Shown here: positions 62,791 through 64,000 of the stretch, in pieces
How positions within the stretch are numbered: position 1 is the stretch's first letter
Layout: each line of letters begins with the position of its first letter
Source: Macrostomum lignano
Lineage: Eukaryota
Reading direction: 5' to 3'
Length of the DNA stretch: 64,000 nucleotides
Assembly (NCBI GenBank): GCA_002269645.1
Contig: NIVC01000232.1
Location: 257,684-321,683, forward strand
The notes under the pieces: model-generated
What the model was told of the DNA's origin: nothing
Databases searched by the model: none
Seen by the model: only the letters and a program-made list of their open reading frames with translations
Made by a program: the position numbers and the translations under genes

Positions 62791-63610
62791 TCCTGCCAAT
62801 ATTATCATGAGCATCTCAACGGGAGAATCTCAGTGGTACAGAACATTTGCAAGAATTGCAAGAGGATAAACAGAGTGTCATGTACAAAAAAGTGTGTTAA
62901 TTTTTTGAAATTAGAATTAAAACGTTCCAATTCTTGTTTATTTGGATAGCGGATTTCTAAAAATAAAATAATGTACGCTCGTAACTGCTTGAATTTACGT
63001 AAGACTGCTTTATTGTGATGATCTTGGTGTATCTTTAGAAGCAAAAAATGTCAAACTTACTACTAAAGTGAGTAGTTGATTTAAGGAATGTGATTTTAAT
63101 AAGTTTTGCGAAAATTTCTATTTTATTAAATATTAGAAGATAGCTAAAACATTCCTTTCGATAAAAATTAATTTTTTTAATATTGCATGCACACATACTC
63201 TCGTACATCACATCTGTGAATGATAAAACTGCGAATTTGTAATCAGAAAAATAGAGATAATTAGGCTTGCATTATATAAAGTATGAAGTGTACAACTTAA
63301 ACGACAAAAATCTGTGATTATAGTTGTATGTCATCTATTAAGATTGAACTATAAAAATTTGTTAAAGACTCGTAACTTGAAGTCATGTAAGATTTGTTTT
63401 AATGATTGAATAAATATGTTTTGCTAAAATAATATTTAAATTGGCGCCGTCGCAATTTTAAGCCATCGCCGGTATTGCCCTAAAAAATCGTAATTTTAAA
63501 CCAGTAGTTTTTGTTTTAATGATTAAATAAATATGTTTGCGTAAAATTCAAATTCAAATTGGTGCCGTTGCAACTTCAAGCCGTCACGGATATAGCTCCA
63601 GAAAATCCTT

Positions 63611-64000
63611 TTACATCGGAGTTACTGGCCGATTTTTTATGTACTCGGCCAGTTTGGCGTTGCCAGCCAGCACGCGCTTCTTCAGCTCCGTCAGCTCGGG
63701 ATACTTGGCCAGTAGGTCCGGCATGTTGGCCAGGCTGTCAAGAATGTTCAGGCAGCCCAGATCGGCCAGGCTAAGCGACTTGCCGGCAAAGTACTGACCG
63801 CCAGCCTGCTTGAGAAAGTCAACCAGGCCAGACAGCAGCTTCGGTCCCTTCTCAGCCTGGAACTCCTTCAACAGATCCGGCTTCTTATCCTCGGGAGCCA
63901 TCATGAACTTGACAAGCTCCATGAAAATGTCGTCAAGCTGGCACATCGCTCGCTCAACCAAATAGTATTCCCAATCGTTGGATCCCATCAGACCGGCCTT
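63611..64000 (-). CDS. GST: Glutathione S-transferase, C-terminal part (sigma/flatworm 28-kDa-like); 5' end outside the window
   Basis: KAGLMGSNDWEYYLVERA...YFAGKSLSLADL...KYPELTELKKRV...KLAEYIKNRPVTPM*. Includes the GST_C N-capping/hydrophobic staple motif (G..LSLADL) and an RPxT terminus. Confidence 0.92.
   Translation of the reverse strand, partial: KAGLMGSNDWEYYLVERAMCQLDDIFMELVKFMMAPEDKKPDLLKEFQAEKGPKLLSGLVDFLKQAGGQYFAGKSLSLADLGCLNILDSLANMPDLLAKYPELTELKKRVLAGNAKLAEYIKNRPVTPM

Overview
Eukaryotic (metazoan) genomic DNA, not prokaryotic: it has GT-AG introns, a Pol III tRNA and polyubiquitin. The GST resembles flatworm 28-kDa/sigma GSTs, and GC-rich exons sit among AT-rich, minisatellite-stuffed introns; this suggests a flatworm such as Macrostomum (inference). 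The left 26 kb is gene-rich. It holds a 6-exon ammonium transporter (-), a 3-exon TGN38/TGOLN2-like type I membrane protein with ~70 ten-residue repeats (-), a PAN/Apple plus Thr-rich protein fragment (+), tri-ubiquitin (-), tRNA-Arg(UCG) (-), a 431-bp foldback element and an intronless FMRFamide-receptor-like GPCR (-). The stretch 28-63 kb is almost all tandem repeat. Its main structure is a 3.5-4.6-kb unit present three times between kb-long (GATA)n arrays. One GATA spacer is interrupted by 15.3 apparently identical copies of a 273-bp monomer. The unit itself may carry a small spliced minus-strand gene. The 3' exon of a GST (-) closes the window. Most long ORFs in the supplied track are translations of repeats. 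All alignments and counts were done by eye.
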